Source of the DNA: Bacillota bacterium
Lineage (GTDB): Bacteria; Bacillota; Halanaerobiia; Halanaerobiales; DATFIM01
DNA length: 62,935 nt
NCBI GenBank assembly: GCA_051744805.1
Contig: JBNJDK010000004.1
Location: 1 to 62,935, forward strand
Direction of reading: 5' to 3'
The position numbers and the translations under genes were made by a program. Below, piece by piece: positions 9,212 through 18,273 of the stretch (positions within the stretch are counted from its first letter, which is position 1; each line of letters opens with the position of its first letter). Below the pieces are notes generated by a model. That model had not been told where the DNA came from, did no database searches, and was given only the letters and a program-made list of their open reading frames with translations.

Positions 9212-10106
9212 TTCTAATACCTCCTCCCACAATTTTTGATCTATAAATAAAATTAATTTCTTTAAACTCATTTTCTAATTTTGCTATTAGCTGAGAATAT
9301 TCTTTTTTTTCATCAACTAAAATCCCAAAAACAGTTCCACTGTGGGCTATATTCAATCCATATACACCAGTATATTTTTCTATTAAAGAGATAAGATTAT
9401 CTAGATAAGAGCGATAATAAATTTTTTGATGAAGTTTTGCACTAATTATTGAAGCTTTGCCCAGTTTGGCAGGATTTTTCTCTTGAATTCCTTTTTTAAT
9501 TAATTTAAGAGATTCAATTAATTTACTTTCCTGAGAACTATTTTTTATTTTTAATAAATCAAGATTTTGATTGAATTGAACTGTATTAATTTTACCCTTT
9601 TCTGAAAAAATAAGAATATCAAGTGAAGGGGGAGAACCATAAGGTTGAAGGATTTTTCCATTTCTATAATCAAAAAGACTTAAACCAGGCCAGGGTGTAC
9701 TGTCAGTTGGTTCAATAGAAATTAATATTTCTTTTAATATTTTCCAGTTTATTTTATTATCCAGTAGAATCATTATTGCTGAAAGAGCAGCTGTAATATC
9801 TGCTGTACTACTCCCCATACCCTTAGATCTTAATAATTCACTCTGAAACTCAAGTTTCAAACCTATTTTATTTATATTGCTTTTTTCTAAAAATTTTTTC
9901 ACCGCTGACAGAGACTTAGGATAATCTTTATTTGATCTAACTCCTGTAAATTTATTAGTATGAAAAGCAGTAACTCCATTATATTTATCAATAGGACAGC
10001 TAATTAATAAATTATCCTCTCCTATTTTACCCTGAAAAAGTTCACCACAACTACCCGGTACAGCAACTTTAACTTTTTTATTTTGGACTTCTTTTGTTTT
10101 TGCCAT
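9195..10106 (-). CDS. pduX: GHMP-family kinase, probable L-threonine kinase
   Basis: N-terminal PGSCGELFQG and the GHMP motif GMGSSTADI. It lies immediately upstream of cobD, as expected for aminopropanol-phosphate supply. Confidence 0.65.
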   Translation of the reverse strand: MAKTKEVQNKKVKVAVPGSCGELFQGKIGEDNLLISCPIDKYNGVTAFHTNKFTGVRSNKDYPKSLSAVKKFLEKSNINKIGLKLEFQSELLRSKGMGSSTADITAALSAIMILLDNKINWKILKEILISIEPTDSTPWPGLSLFDYRNGKILQPYGSPPSLDILIFSEKGKINTVQFNQNLDLLKIKNSSQESKLIESLKLIKKGIQEKNPAKLGKASIISAKLHQKIYYRSYLDNLISLIEKYTGVYGLNIAHSGTVFGILVDEKKEYSQLIAKLENEFKEINFIYRSKIVGGGIRIEEKR

Positions 10107-10110
10107 TAGT

Positions 10111-10881
10111 TTAGATTACTCCTTTTAAAATTAAAGCAGATAATAAAACTACAACTTCGATTATTTCATTGATAGCACCGTAAATATCACCTGTTAAACC
10201 ATCTATTTTATTTATAACATATTTAGCAAAAAGATGAGTTATCAAAAAACTTATAAAAAATATTATTAGAGATAAATAAAAAGGAAAGGAAAATAAATAA
10301 TGTAAGGAAAATATTATAATGATTAAATATGTACTTCCTTCTAATAATTGTTTCCAGGAAAGATTGTAATTAAAACCTTTACCAAGACTACTGGAGACAG
10401 CCAGGGGATATTTCCAGGCAGCAAAAACTATCATCCAGCGAGAAAAAACTGTCATTAAAAGAATAACAGGTTTTCTAAATTCACCACTAAATTCTAAAAA
10501 TAAATTGAATTTCAATAAAAATAATAATATAACTGCAATCGCTCCAAATGAACCTATCAGACTGTCATGCATTATTTCTAAAATCCTGTCTTTTTTACGA
10601 GAGCTAAATAATCCATCAATTGAATCTATAAAACCATCAAGATGCAACCCCCCTGTTAGATATACCAATAAAATGAGCATTAAAATATTTGTAACATTCC
10701 TGGATAAAAATATAATACTTAATTCTGAAAATAATAGTAAAATAACTCCAATTATTAAACCTATTAGTGGGTAAAGTCCCATTGAACTTGAAGGAAGTTC
10801 TTCATTATATTCTGTTTTTAAAGGAAATGGTATTCGGGTCAAAAAGGTTAAGGCAAAAGAAAATCTTTTTATAAAGTTCAT
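10111..10881 (-). CDS. cobS: adenosylcobinamide-GDP ribazoletransferase (cobalamin synthase)
   Basis: 256-aa polytopic membrane protein with a GGLHLDGFIDSIDG motif. Confidence 0.85.
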   Translation of the reverse strand: MNFIKRFSFALTFLTRIPFPLKTEYNEELPSSSMGLYPLIGLIIGVILLLFSELSIIFLSRNVTNILMLILLVYLTGGLHLDGFIDSIDGLFSSRKKDRILEIMHDSLIGSFGAIAVILLFLLKFNLFLEFSGEFRKPVILLMTVFSRWMIVFAAWKYPLAVSSSLGKGFNYNLSWKQLLEGSTYLIIIIFSLHYLFSFPFYLSLIIFFISFLITHLFAKYVINKIDGLTGDIYGAINEIIEVVVLLSALILKGVI

Positions 10882-10905
10882 CTCTATCTCCTCACTTTAT
10901 ACAAA

Positions 10906-11847
10906 TTATATCATATCTAAAAGTATCATAATAATTATAAAAAAAGCTGTACTATAATACATTAAATTAATCATCCTCTTTATTTCATTTATATTTTGGG
11001 GAGCTAAATCATCACCTAAATATGCTCTAAATTCTTTTTTTCCCTGATAATAATTAACTCCTCCCAGTCTAATAGATAAAGCACCAGCCGCAGCCGCCTC
11101 CGGATAACCTGCATTAGGACTGGGATGTTTTTTGGCATCTCTTTTAATAATTTTCCAGGCTTTTTTACTGTCATAGTTAGGAAATAAAGCTATAATCCCA
11201 AAAATAAAAGCTGTAATTCTGGCCGGAATATAATTGAGCAAATCATCTAATTTAGCGGAAGGTTTTCCAAAATTAAGATATTTTTCATTTTTATGGCCTA
11301 ACATAGAATCCATTGTATTTACTGCCTTATAGGTCATAGCAAGAGGGACACCTCCCAGAAAAAAGAAAAACAGAGGAGCAATAATTCCATCTGAAGTATT
11401 TTCAGCAATCGTTTCCACTGTGGCTCGAATAATATCTGATTTTGAGATTTCCTCTGTATCCCGACCAACTATCATTGCTGTTTTCTGACGGGCAAGTTCT
11501 ATATCTCCAGACTTTAAAGCCTGATAAATACCATTTCCTGCTTCAGCCAGTCCTTTAATTGCTATAGTTGTAGAAAATAAATAGATATTTAATATAATTC
11601 CAAAAAATTGATTTATATTATAGGCCATCTTTAAAAAAAAGAATATGGAAAAATAACTCATTAAAACTACAATTATTGTTAAAATACTTCCTCTTAAAAT
11701 TTCATTCATCTTAGTTTTAGAATTATTAATTAATCTACCCTCTAAAAAAGAAATTATTTTACCTATAAGCACTACTGGATGTGATATAAAATCTGGATCT
11801 CCTATCACTAAATCTATAATTACTCCTCCAATCAAAATATAAATCAT
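10906..11847 (-). CDS. cbiB: adenosylcobinamide-phosphate synthase (CbiB/CobD membrane protein)
   Basis: 313-aa membrane protein with HPVVLIGK, VGRDT and SPNAG motifs. Confidence 0.85.
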   Translation of the reverse strand: MIYILIGGVIIDLVIGDPDFISHPVVLIGKIISFLEGRLINNSKTKMNEILRGSILTIIVVLMSYFSIFFFLKMAYNINQFFGIILNIYLFSTTIAIKGLAEAGNGIYQALKSGDIELARQKTAMIVGRDTEEISKSDIIRATVETIAENTSDGIIAPLFFFFLGGVPLAMTYKAVNTMDSMLGHKNEKYLNFGKPSAKLDDLLNYIPARITAFIFGIIALFPNYDSKKAWKIIKRDAKKHPSPNAGYPEAAAAGALSIRLGGVNYYQGKKEFRAYLGDDLAPQNINEIKRMINLMYYSTAFFIIIMILLDMI

Positions 11848-11872
11848 AATTCACCTTCTTCCCAGACTAAAT

Positions 11873-12763
11873 TCAATCAAAAATTATATTATCAACCTTT
11901 TCCATATCTATATTGTTTTTAAAAATCTTTGCTAATTTTTGAAAATCATTTTCCAAATTTTCGTTTTCAAAAATACTGTTAGCTGAATCTAACTTTTTAA
12001 TTTCATCATTGCTTAAAGAAATTGTATCTTCTTCAGGTAAATTTATATCTTCAATATATGGTAAAACTCCTAAAACCGGTTTTCCTGTTCTTTCTTCTAT
12101 ATAATCTATTCCAGATTGTAAAATTGATTTATCTCCATGAAATTTATTGATTATAAAGCCTTTTATAAGATCTTTTTCTTCAGGTTCTAAAAGTTCCATT
12201 GTTCCAATTATAGAAGCAAAAACTCCTCCTCTTTCTATATCAGCCACTAAAATCACAGGAGTATTATTTAAAAGAGCGGTTTTCATATTTGCCAGGTCTC
12301 TATCTTTTACATTTATTTCTACCGGACTGCCTGAGCCTTCAAGTACTAAAAGATCATATTCTTTTTTTAGTAGATCCAAAGAATCTTCAATTGTTTTTAT
12401 CCCTAATTTTAAATATTTGTCTTTTTTAATATTATTTTCCTTTAAATAAGGCTTACCTTTAACTAAAAGTTCTGTTTTACCATTTCCAGAAGGTTTTACT
12501 AAAAGAGGCTGCATATTTACATCGGGAATAGTTCCTGCTGCTCTGGCCTGGACCGCCTGAGCAATACCCATTTCTCCTTCTTTATCTGTTTTATAAGAAT
12601 TACTTCCCATATTCCAACCTTTAAAAGGAGATACTCTAAAACCTTTATCAGCATAAATTTTACATAAACTAGCAGCTATAGTACTTTTGCCAGAATTGGA
12701 CCTACATCCCTGAACCATAACCATATTTGTTTTATTTTCTATCTTTGTCATATTTTCACTCAT
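11873..12763 (-). CDS. CobQ/CbiP-like synthetase domain only; the glutamine amidotransferase domain is absent
   Basis: 296 aa. VQGCRSNSGKSTIAASLCK, SPFKGWNMGSNS, LEGSGSPVEINV, ADIERGGVF and INKFHGD follow the N-terminal half of cobyric acid synthase. The ORF ends where the GATase domain normally begins. Confidence 0.7.
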   Translation of the reverse strand: MSENMTKIENKTNMVMVQGCRSNSGKSTIAASLCKIYADKGFRVSPFKGWNMGSNSYKTDKEGEMGIAQAVQARAAGTIPDVNMQPLLVKPSGNGKTELLVKGKPYLKENNIKKDKYLKLGIKTIEDSLDLLKKEYDLLVLEGSGSPVEINVKDRDLANMKTALLNNTPVILVADIERGGVFASIIGTMELLEPEEKDLIKGFIINKFHGDKSILQSGIDYIEERTGKPVLGVLPYIEDINLPEEDTISLSNDEIKKLDSANSIFENENLENDFQKLAKIFKNNIDMEKVDNIIFD

Positions 12764-12768
12764 TTATC

Positions 12769-13341
12769 TTACTCCTTATATTCATCTTTGATTTTATTAC
12801 TTAATTCTTTTAATTCTACTGGTAAACCTGCAATTGTTATATAAACTTCATCTGCTTTTTTAGCCAAAAATTGATTTACTCTCCCAGAAATATCTCTAAA
12901 CTCTCTTCCTAATTCAGTTGTAGGTACTAATCCCATTCCTATTTCATTTGAAACTAAAACGATTTCTTTATTTTTAGATTCTTCCACAATTTTTTGCACT
13001 TTTTCCATAATAATATTTTCTTTGTTATCATAATCTATTTCTTCACTTTCATTTGTATCTGAAAAGATATGATTTGTAACAAAAATTGTAATACAATCAA
13101 TTAAAATTACTTTTCCATCAGGAATGGAACTGAGAACCTCTCCTATATAGAGAGGTTCTTCTATAGTTTTCCATTCTTTATTCCGTGTTTTTTGATGATG
13201 TTTAATTCTTTTTTCCATTTCTTTATCTTTAGCTTCAGCAGTAGCCAGATAAATAACATCATCTCCACCATTTTTTTGAGCAATTTTTTCAGCAAAACTG
13301 CTTTTACCACTTCTGGCTCCACCTAAAATTAAAGTTATCAT
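12769..13341 (-). CDS. cobU: bifunctional adenosylcobinamide kinase / cobinamide-phosphate guanylyltransferase
   Basis: 190 aa with LILGGARSGKSSFAE P-loop, conserved His region (HHQKTR) and VSNEIGMG. Confidence 0.85.
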   Translation of the reverse strand: MITLILGGARSGKSSFAEKIAQKNGGDDVIYLATAEAKDKEMEKRIKHHQKTRNKEWKTIEEPLYIGEVLSSIPDGKVILIDCITIFVTNHIFSDTNESEEIDYDNKENIIMEKVQKIVEESKNKEIVLVSNEIGMGLVPTTELGREFRDISGRVNQFLAKKADEVYITIAGLPVELKELSNKIKDEYKE

Positions 13342-13343
13342 AA

Positions 13344-14291
13344 TTAAATTCCTTCAACCTGATCTTTTAAATCCGGCCAAATAGATTTTACTAAGTCTTT
13401 TAGACCTAAAATAATACGCGGTGAAGGTCTTGTTACAATATTTTGTTCTATAAAATAAATTCTATCATTTTTTACAGCATTAAGAGCACTATAATTAGGT
13501 CTTTCTTTTAACCCTTCTTTGGTAAAAGTATGAGCATCACTGTGATGACTGGAAATATATACTTCAGGATTTTCAACTAACATTGTTTCCATATCAAATT
13601 GAGGCCAGCTTCCTTCAGCTAGAGCACCCAGGTTTCTTCCTCCTGCAGTTTGAATTAAATCATCAATAAATGTTCCTTCACCAGCTGTAGTGAGAGGATC
13701 ATGCCAGATTTCATAAAAAACATCAGGACGGTCATTTTCTTTTAATTTTTCTGCCACCAATTTTTCTATTTCTTTTAATTGGTTATTCATCTTTTTAGTT
13801 AATTCTTTTGCCAGATACTCTTCACCGGTAAGTATTCCAACTTTATTCATAGTATTAATTGTTTCTTCAATAGTAGTTGGATTAAAACCAGCTACTGTGA
13901 TGCCAACACTTTTTAATTTTTCTACATACTCCATTTTATTAACAGATGCAGCCAAAACCAGGTCTGGTTTTAAAGAAACTATTTTTTCAACATTAGGATC
14001 AGTTACAGATCCAATCTTTTGATTTTGAGTAGCTTCTTCAGGATAATCAGCATAACTACTTACACCAACTACTCTATCTCCCAAACCTAATGAATAAAGC
14101 ATCTCCGTCATACTTGGAGCCAGAGAAATTATCTTTTCCGGTTTCTCATTTAATTCAATTTTCTCTCCTAAATCATCTTCAATAGTTACTGGAAAATCTT
14201 CAGCTTGAATTCCCTGTCCTGAAAAAGCAATTAAAACTCCTACTAACAAAATTGTAATAATTGAAATTTTACTTTTCATTATTTTTTTCAT
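13344..14291 (-). CDS. periplasmic-binding-protein type ABC substrate-binding protein (BtuF-like, corrinoid binding inferred)
   Basis: N-terminal signal/anchor, then a PBP type-8 pattern (IISLAPSMTEMLYSLG...VVGVS). ATG at 14291 follows TGGAGGTAA. No btuC/btuD is adjacent. Confidence 0.65.
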   Translation of the reverse strand: MKKIMKSKISIITILLVGVLIAFSGQGIQAEDFPVTIEDDLGEKIELNEKPEKIISLAPSMTEMLYSLGLGDRVVGVSSYADYPEEATQNQKIGSVTDPNVEKIVSLKPDLVLAASVNKMEYVEKLKSVGITVAGFNPTTIEETINTMNKVGILTGEEYLAKELTKKMNNQLKEIEKLVAEKLKENDRPDVFYEIWHDPLTTAGEGTFIDDLIQTAGGRNLGALAEGSWPQFDMETMLVENPEVYISSHHSDAHTFTKEGLKERPNYSALNAVKNDRIYFIEQNIVTRPSPRIILGLKDLVKSIWPDLKDQVEGI

Positions 14292-14312
14292 TTTTATTAC
14301 CTCCATTTTATT

Positions 14313-15050
14313 TTATATAAATTTAGCAATTTTATTAACTGGTTTATAAGAAAAATCTTTTCTTAATTTCAATAAATTTTCTTGTGCTAGAGAAACTAAA
14401 ATAACAGTTGCCGGGCCAGCTGATTTTTCTATATCAAGATTTAATCCCTGCTTATAACTCACTTTTAAATCTGACATTTCTGCTATTAATTCAGCTTCAT
14501 ATTTTATTCCTTTAGAACCTACAACCATGATTTCATTTATATATTTCTTTTCTTTTAATTTTTGCAAATCAAAAATATCTGCTCTCATTTCTGGACATTC
14601 GAGCACTTCTTTACCTACTAATGGCAAACCAATACTTACTAAAATATTACCTTTTTTAGTACAACTGATTTTAAGTTTTTCTTTCTCTATTATACCAATG
14701 ACTGTTATACCTACTCCTGTTTCATCAGTTTCAATATTGTCTTCTGTACTCCCATTTATCATTTTTTTATCAAATTTAACTTCTTCTAGAGCCTTTTCAA
14801 TACCTTTGATAATACTTTTACCTGTAGGATTATATTCTACACTTAAAGTATCAATTATGCTGATTGGTTCAGCACCTACTGCCAACACTTCCATTAGAGC
14901 AACTCTAGTTGTATAATGACCAACCATTTCTCCACTTACTTCTATCTTATCTCTAATCTTTGGTCCAATCCCACCACTTACATCACAGGCTATTACTAAA
15001 GATCGATTACTACCAATATCCACTATAGAAATATCGCGTTTAGTCTCCAT
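14313..15050 (-). CDS. cblS: PurM/ThiL-like ATP-utilising protein, candidate alpha-ribazole kinase
   Basis: 245 aa with IACDVSGGIG and VLAVGAEP, as in the AIR-synthase-related fold. It overlaps a small 5-TM transporter gene by 11 nt, lies behind a B12 riboswitch, and no cobT is in the locus. The family call is from memory of the Listeria innocua cblT/cblS system. Confidence 0.5.
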   Translation of the reverse strand: METKRDISIVDIGSNRSLVIACDVSGGIGPKIRDKIEVSGEMVGHYTTRVALMEVLAVGAEPISIIDTLSVEYNPTGKSIIKGIEKALEEVKFDKKMINGSTEDNIETDETGVGITVIGIIEKEKLKISCTKKGNILVSIGLPLVGKEVLECPEMRADIFDLQKLKEKKYINEIMVVGSKGIKYEAELIAEMSDLKVSYKQGLNLDIEKSAGPATVILVSLAQENLLKLRKDFSYKPVNKIAKFI

Positions 15051-15531
15051 TTCCTATCCCATCCATTCTGGTTTTTAATAGTTTAAATAAAAGAACTGCT
15101 ACAAAGACATTTACTAATGACCCAAATAAAAGTGGTAAAATCATTGCAGCAAAAAAACCTCTGCCTAATAAAGGAATAAGAAATAATGGCAAAATAATAC
15201 CATTAATTAAAATAGTTATTATTGCAGCAATAGTTATATTTAAATTATTTTTTAACCAATAAAAAGCAATTCCACATCCCCCCATTAGAAATGCTATTAA
15301 TACATGGATAGCTCCCAGAGGAAAACCTGTTTTTAAAGCAGAAAAAAGATGACCAACCAATAAAACTAATGCTCCTTCAAATCCCCCAAAAACAAGTACT
15401 GCAAAATAGCCTGGTGCTGAATCTAAAGCAACAGTACCGGTAGGACTGGGAAGTGGAAAATAAGCTGCAATTGCACTTAATGCTACCAATAAAGATAATC
15501 TTGTCAATAATTTAGTGCTATTTTTTTTCAT
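15040..15531 (-). CDS. cblT: small polytopic membrane protein, candidate alpha-ribazole transporter
   Basis: 163 aa with about 5 TM helices. It is the first gene after the cobalamin riboswitch and is translationally coupled to the cblS candidate. Confidence 0.5.
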   Translation of the reverse strand: MKKNSTKLLTRLSLLVALSAIAAYFPLPSPTGTVALDSAPGYFAVLVFGGFEGALVLLVGHLFSALKTGFPLGAIHVLIAFLMGGCGIAFYWLKNNLNITIAAIITILINGIILPLFLIPLLGRGFFAAMILPLLFGSLVNVFVAVLLFKLLKTRMDGIGNGD

Positions 15532-15569
15532 TTGCCCCTCCTCTAATTCATAATATTTTAAAAGAAAAT

Positions 15570-15848
15570 AAAAAAACCCTGACCTGCATAAAAGTCAGCA
15601 GAGCCAGGGAGATATTCCATAAATGGAAATAAAGTTACTTCTCTCACCTGACATCCTTGTGACCGAAGCATGCAGGTAAATTCCAAAAAGGCAGGTCTCC
15701 TGACTCCCAGCTTTAACATTCTTCTTCACCTTCCCCGGTAAAACCGAGTGGTATAAAAAGAAGAGCTTACTGGTTACAGTGGCGGGCCCGTTCAGGTTTT
15801 TCACCTGATTCCCTATTCTCCCCAGACCGTAATCTGAGGCACCTTTTT
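15570..15848 (-). promoter_or_regulatory. cobalamin (AdoCbl) riboswitch with intrinsic terminator expression platform
   Basis: Minus strand reads GGTGCC...AGGGAATCAGGTGAAAAACCTGAACGGGCCCGCCACTGTAACC, with B12 box GCCACTG at 15777-15783. Terminator CCCTGGCTCTGCTGAC...GCAGGTCAGGG plus T7 lies at 15570-15609, just upstream of cblT. Confidence 0.9.
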
Positions 15849-15951
15849 GTACTTAGTATTTAATTTTAAAATAAAAATTAAAATATATTTCTGAAGTCTA
15901 TCAATATCTTTCTATACTATAATAAATGATTCCTGCTAAAAAATCAAATTT

Positions 15952-17427
15952 TTATAAAATATTTTTTTCATCTAATTTTTTATTTAAATATCCTACAAAT
16001 TCTTCTGCCTTTTCTTCAGGTGGTTTTGTAAACATACTTACAACTAAAAATACTAATACAGTAATTATTAGGGTCCAGACTCCAGGCCAGTGGCCTAAAG
16101 GTTTTAAACCACTAAATTGTAGATAAATAGCAGTAATCGAACCTAAAATAATACTGGAAAGAGCACCTGCCGCTGTCGCCTTCTTCCAGAAAAAAGCTCC
16201 AAAAATTGAAGGTACAACTACTAATAATCCAACAGATGAAGCTACAGATAATGTTGCAATCAAATCAAGCTTTTGACTGGCAAATAAAAGTCCAACAAAA
16301 GCAATTATGATTATTACTATTTTACCTATTCTTAACTGTTTTATATTTTCCTGATCTCCAAGATTTGCAAACAAATCTCTTACTACTAGTGAAGAAAGAG
16401 TTAACATAATAGAATCTATAGTAGAAATTGCTGCAGCAGTAATTCCAATCATAGCTACAAGTCCTAAAATTACAGGGACATATTCAGAGCCAAGCAAAGT
16501 AGGCGTTGCCATATCTGCCTGTTCTAAGCCAGGTATAAGTAATTTTGTAGAAAAACCCCATAAAACAGAAACAATAGTATAAATAAATCCAAATGCCAAA
16601 AATCCTTTAATCATAGTTTTCATTGCTTTTAAAGAACGCGGAATAAAAAGGCGTTGACTAACCTGAGGATTAGAAATAGAAAAGAAAAACCAGGGTAATG
16701 TTAATCCAAGAAAAGCTTTAAAATTAAAAAAACCTGGTCCAGGAACTGTCAGAAAATCAGGATATTCTGTCTTTATACTACCAAAGAAGCTGACAAAACC
16801 ACCTAGATGTTTATAAATTATAAAAAACAAAATTATAATACTTACTACTATCATTATTAATGACTGTAATGAGTCTGTCCAGGTTACAGAACGCATCCCT
16901 GCAATTAAAGCCCAGGCAATTGCTAAAAGAGCTGCTATTATAACTCCAATCATAAAAGGGATATTCCCCCCTGAAAGACCGGACATTAAATATCCTACCC
17001 CCATTAATTGTACTGCTAAATATGGAATCAAAAAAACACAGGAAGTTATAGCAGCAACTACTGCTATCCATTGATTATCATATCTATCACCAAGCATCTC
17101 ATAGGGAGAAACATAATTAAATTTTTTCCCTACCAGCCAGAAACGAGGTCCAAAAAATGCTACTAAAGACAAACCAGAAAGATAAATTAATTCAAAACCT
17201 AATGCTCCAACTCCACCTGAGTAAGTGAAACCGGCAAGCCCTACCATCATAAAAGCACTATAGGTAGTGGCACTATAAGATAATGCAGCTACAAAACCAC
17301 CTGTTGATCTTCCAGAAAGAAAATATTCAATTAACCCTTTTTTCATCCCTTTTCTGGCAAAATAGGCTACTATTGACCCAATAATAATATATATAAAAAT
17401 TGCTATATAAACATATAAACTTGACAT
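15952..17427 (-). CDS. sodium:solute symporter family transporter (PanF-like architecture)
   Basis: 491 aa with about 13 TM and an SSF-type pattern. It is preceded by a DUF997-like small subunit, as in yhdT-panF. Confidence 0.8.
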   Translation of the reverse strand: MSSLYVYIAIFIYIIIGSIVAYFARKGMKKGLIEYFLSGRSTGGFVAALSYSATTYSAFMMVGLAGFTYSGGVGALGFELIYLSGLSLVAFFGPRFWLVGKKFNYVSPYEMLGDRYDNQWIAVVAAITSCVFLIPYLAVQLMGVGYLMSGLSGGNIPFMIGVIIAALLAIAWALIAGMRSVTWTDSLQSLIMIVVSIIILFFIIYKHLGGFVSFFGSIKTEYPDFLTVPGPGFFNFKAFLGLTLPWFFFSISNPQVSQRLFIPRSLKAMKTMIKGFLAFGFIYTIVSVLWGFSTKLLIPGLEQADMATPTLLGSEYVPVILGLVAMIGITAAAISTIDSIMLTLSSLVVRDLFANLGDQENIKQLRIGKIVIIIIAFVGLLFASQKLDLIATLSVASSVGLLVVVPSIFGAFFWKKATAAGALSSIILGSITAIYLQFSGLKPLGHWPGVWTLIITVLVFLVVSMFTKPPEEKAEEFVGYLNKKLDEKNIL

Positions 17428-17429
17428 TA

Positions 17430-17627
17430 CTATTCCCTCCAGTATTTTGTTATTTTAATTGTAGAAAAGATTGCTACTAAGGCAAAAATAGTCCAATAAA
17501 GAAAAGCTCCACTCATTGTTTCAAAATTACTCAAAAATAAGTAGGGAACTATATATGCAGATAAAACTAAAATAGTCAAAAATAATACCCAAAACTTCCT
17601 CAGTTTTGAAAGTTTTTTGTTATCCAT
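17430..17627 (-). CDS. DUF997 (YhdT-like) small two-TM protein
   Basis: 65 aa with two hydrophobic helices. A 2-nt gap separates it from the symporter gene. Confidence 0.6.
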   Translation of the reverse strand: MDNKKLSKLRKFWVLFLTILVLSAYIVPYLFLSNFETMSGAFLYWTIFALVAIFSTIKITKYWRE

Positions 17628-17674
17628 TATTACCCCCCCTCTCTTCCTGTAGTAATATGTAATAGTACAGGAGA

Positions 17675-17722
17675 ATTATATATAAAAGTTAATGTAATGT
17701 CAAGTGTCTTTACAGCACAAAG
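17675..17722 (-). promoter_or_regulatory. sigma-A promoter overlapped by a candidate NiaR operator
   Basis: Minus strand: TTGACA (17703-17698), 17-nt spacer, TATAAT (17680-17675). The overlapping sequence CAAGTGTCTTTACAGC (17701-17716) matches the GTGTMTWKACA core I recall for Firmicute NiaR boxes. Confidence 0.6.
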
Positions 17723-17739
17723 AAAAAAAGATATATCTG

Positions 17740-18267
17740 CTATTTTTCAAGCAAATATCCCTTTTCAGCAAGTTCATCTCTTATTTTTTTTATAACCTGT
17801 TTATTCAAAGCTTCAATAGTATGAAGATGTACCCCATCTGTTAAACTTGCCAGCAGGCTGGCATCATTATCTTTATAATTTTTAATAAATTTTTTTACAT
17901 CAGCAGGATTTTTTACCATAAGCATTCCTTTTAATTCTCCATAAATAGGATGTTCTACTATTACATCTAAAATTTTTGCTCCATAATTTACTATAGTCAT
18001 TAATTCATCTTCTACCTCATCATCTTCACCATGTTTACAGGCAATAGTTGCTCTAATAGTATCTTTATTACTTTCAGGATATAGATATCCCTGAGAAGTC
18101 GCTATTATTTTTTCACCACTCGCACGCAGAAGAGCTATATCCTGAACTATAACCTGCCGGCTAACTCCAAATTCCTCAGCTAATTTAGAACCTATAAGAG
18201 CATTATTAGATTCTTTTAATCTTTTCAATAAACTTTCTCTTCTTTTTTCAGTTTTCAAAATCATCAC
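17740..18267 (-). CDS. niaR: niacin-responsive transcriptional repressor (HTH plus 3H domain)
   Basis: 175 aa. N-terminal HTH (LAEEFGVSRQVIVQDIALLRASG) and a C-terminal 3H-type domain with conserved His residues. Adjacent to nadE. Confidence 0.8.
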   Translation of the reverse strand: MMILKTEKRRESLLKRLKESNNALIGSKLAEEFGVSRQVIVQDIALLRASGEKIIATSQGYLYPESNKDTIRATIACKHGEDDEVEDELMTIVNYGAKILDVIVEHPIYGELKGMLMVKNPADVKKFIKNYKDNDASLLASLTDGVHLHTIEALNKQVIKKIRDELAEKGYLLEK

Positions 18268-18273
18268 CTCAAT

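Noticed and set aside
9212-9271. Track N-terminal extension of cobD (and similarly 23240-23350 for the DnaI-like gene, 2473-2487 for kdsB, 22458-22481 for pgi, 37157-37177 for the fRMsr fusion)
   Set aside because: These extensions overlap upstream genes or start inside SD sequences. Internal starts with well-spaced GGAGG-type SDs give N-termini consistent with the families.
15595-15804. 69-aa minus-strand ORF from the track
   Set aside because: It lies entirely within the cobalamin riboswitch aptamer and expression platform. Its GC-rich sequence is explained by RNA structure, and it has no SD.
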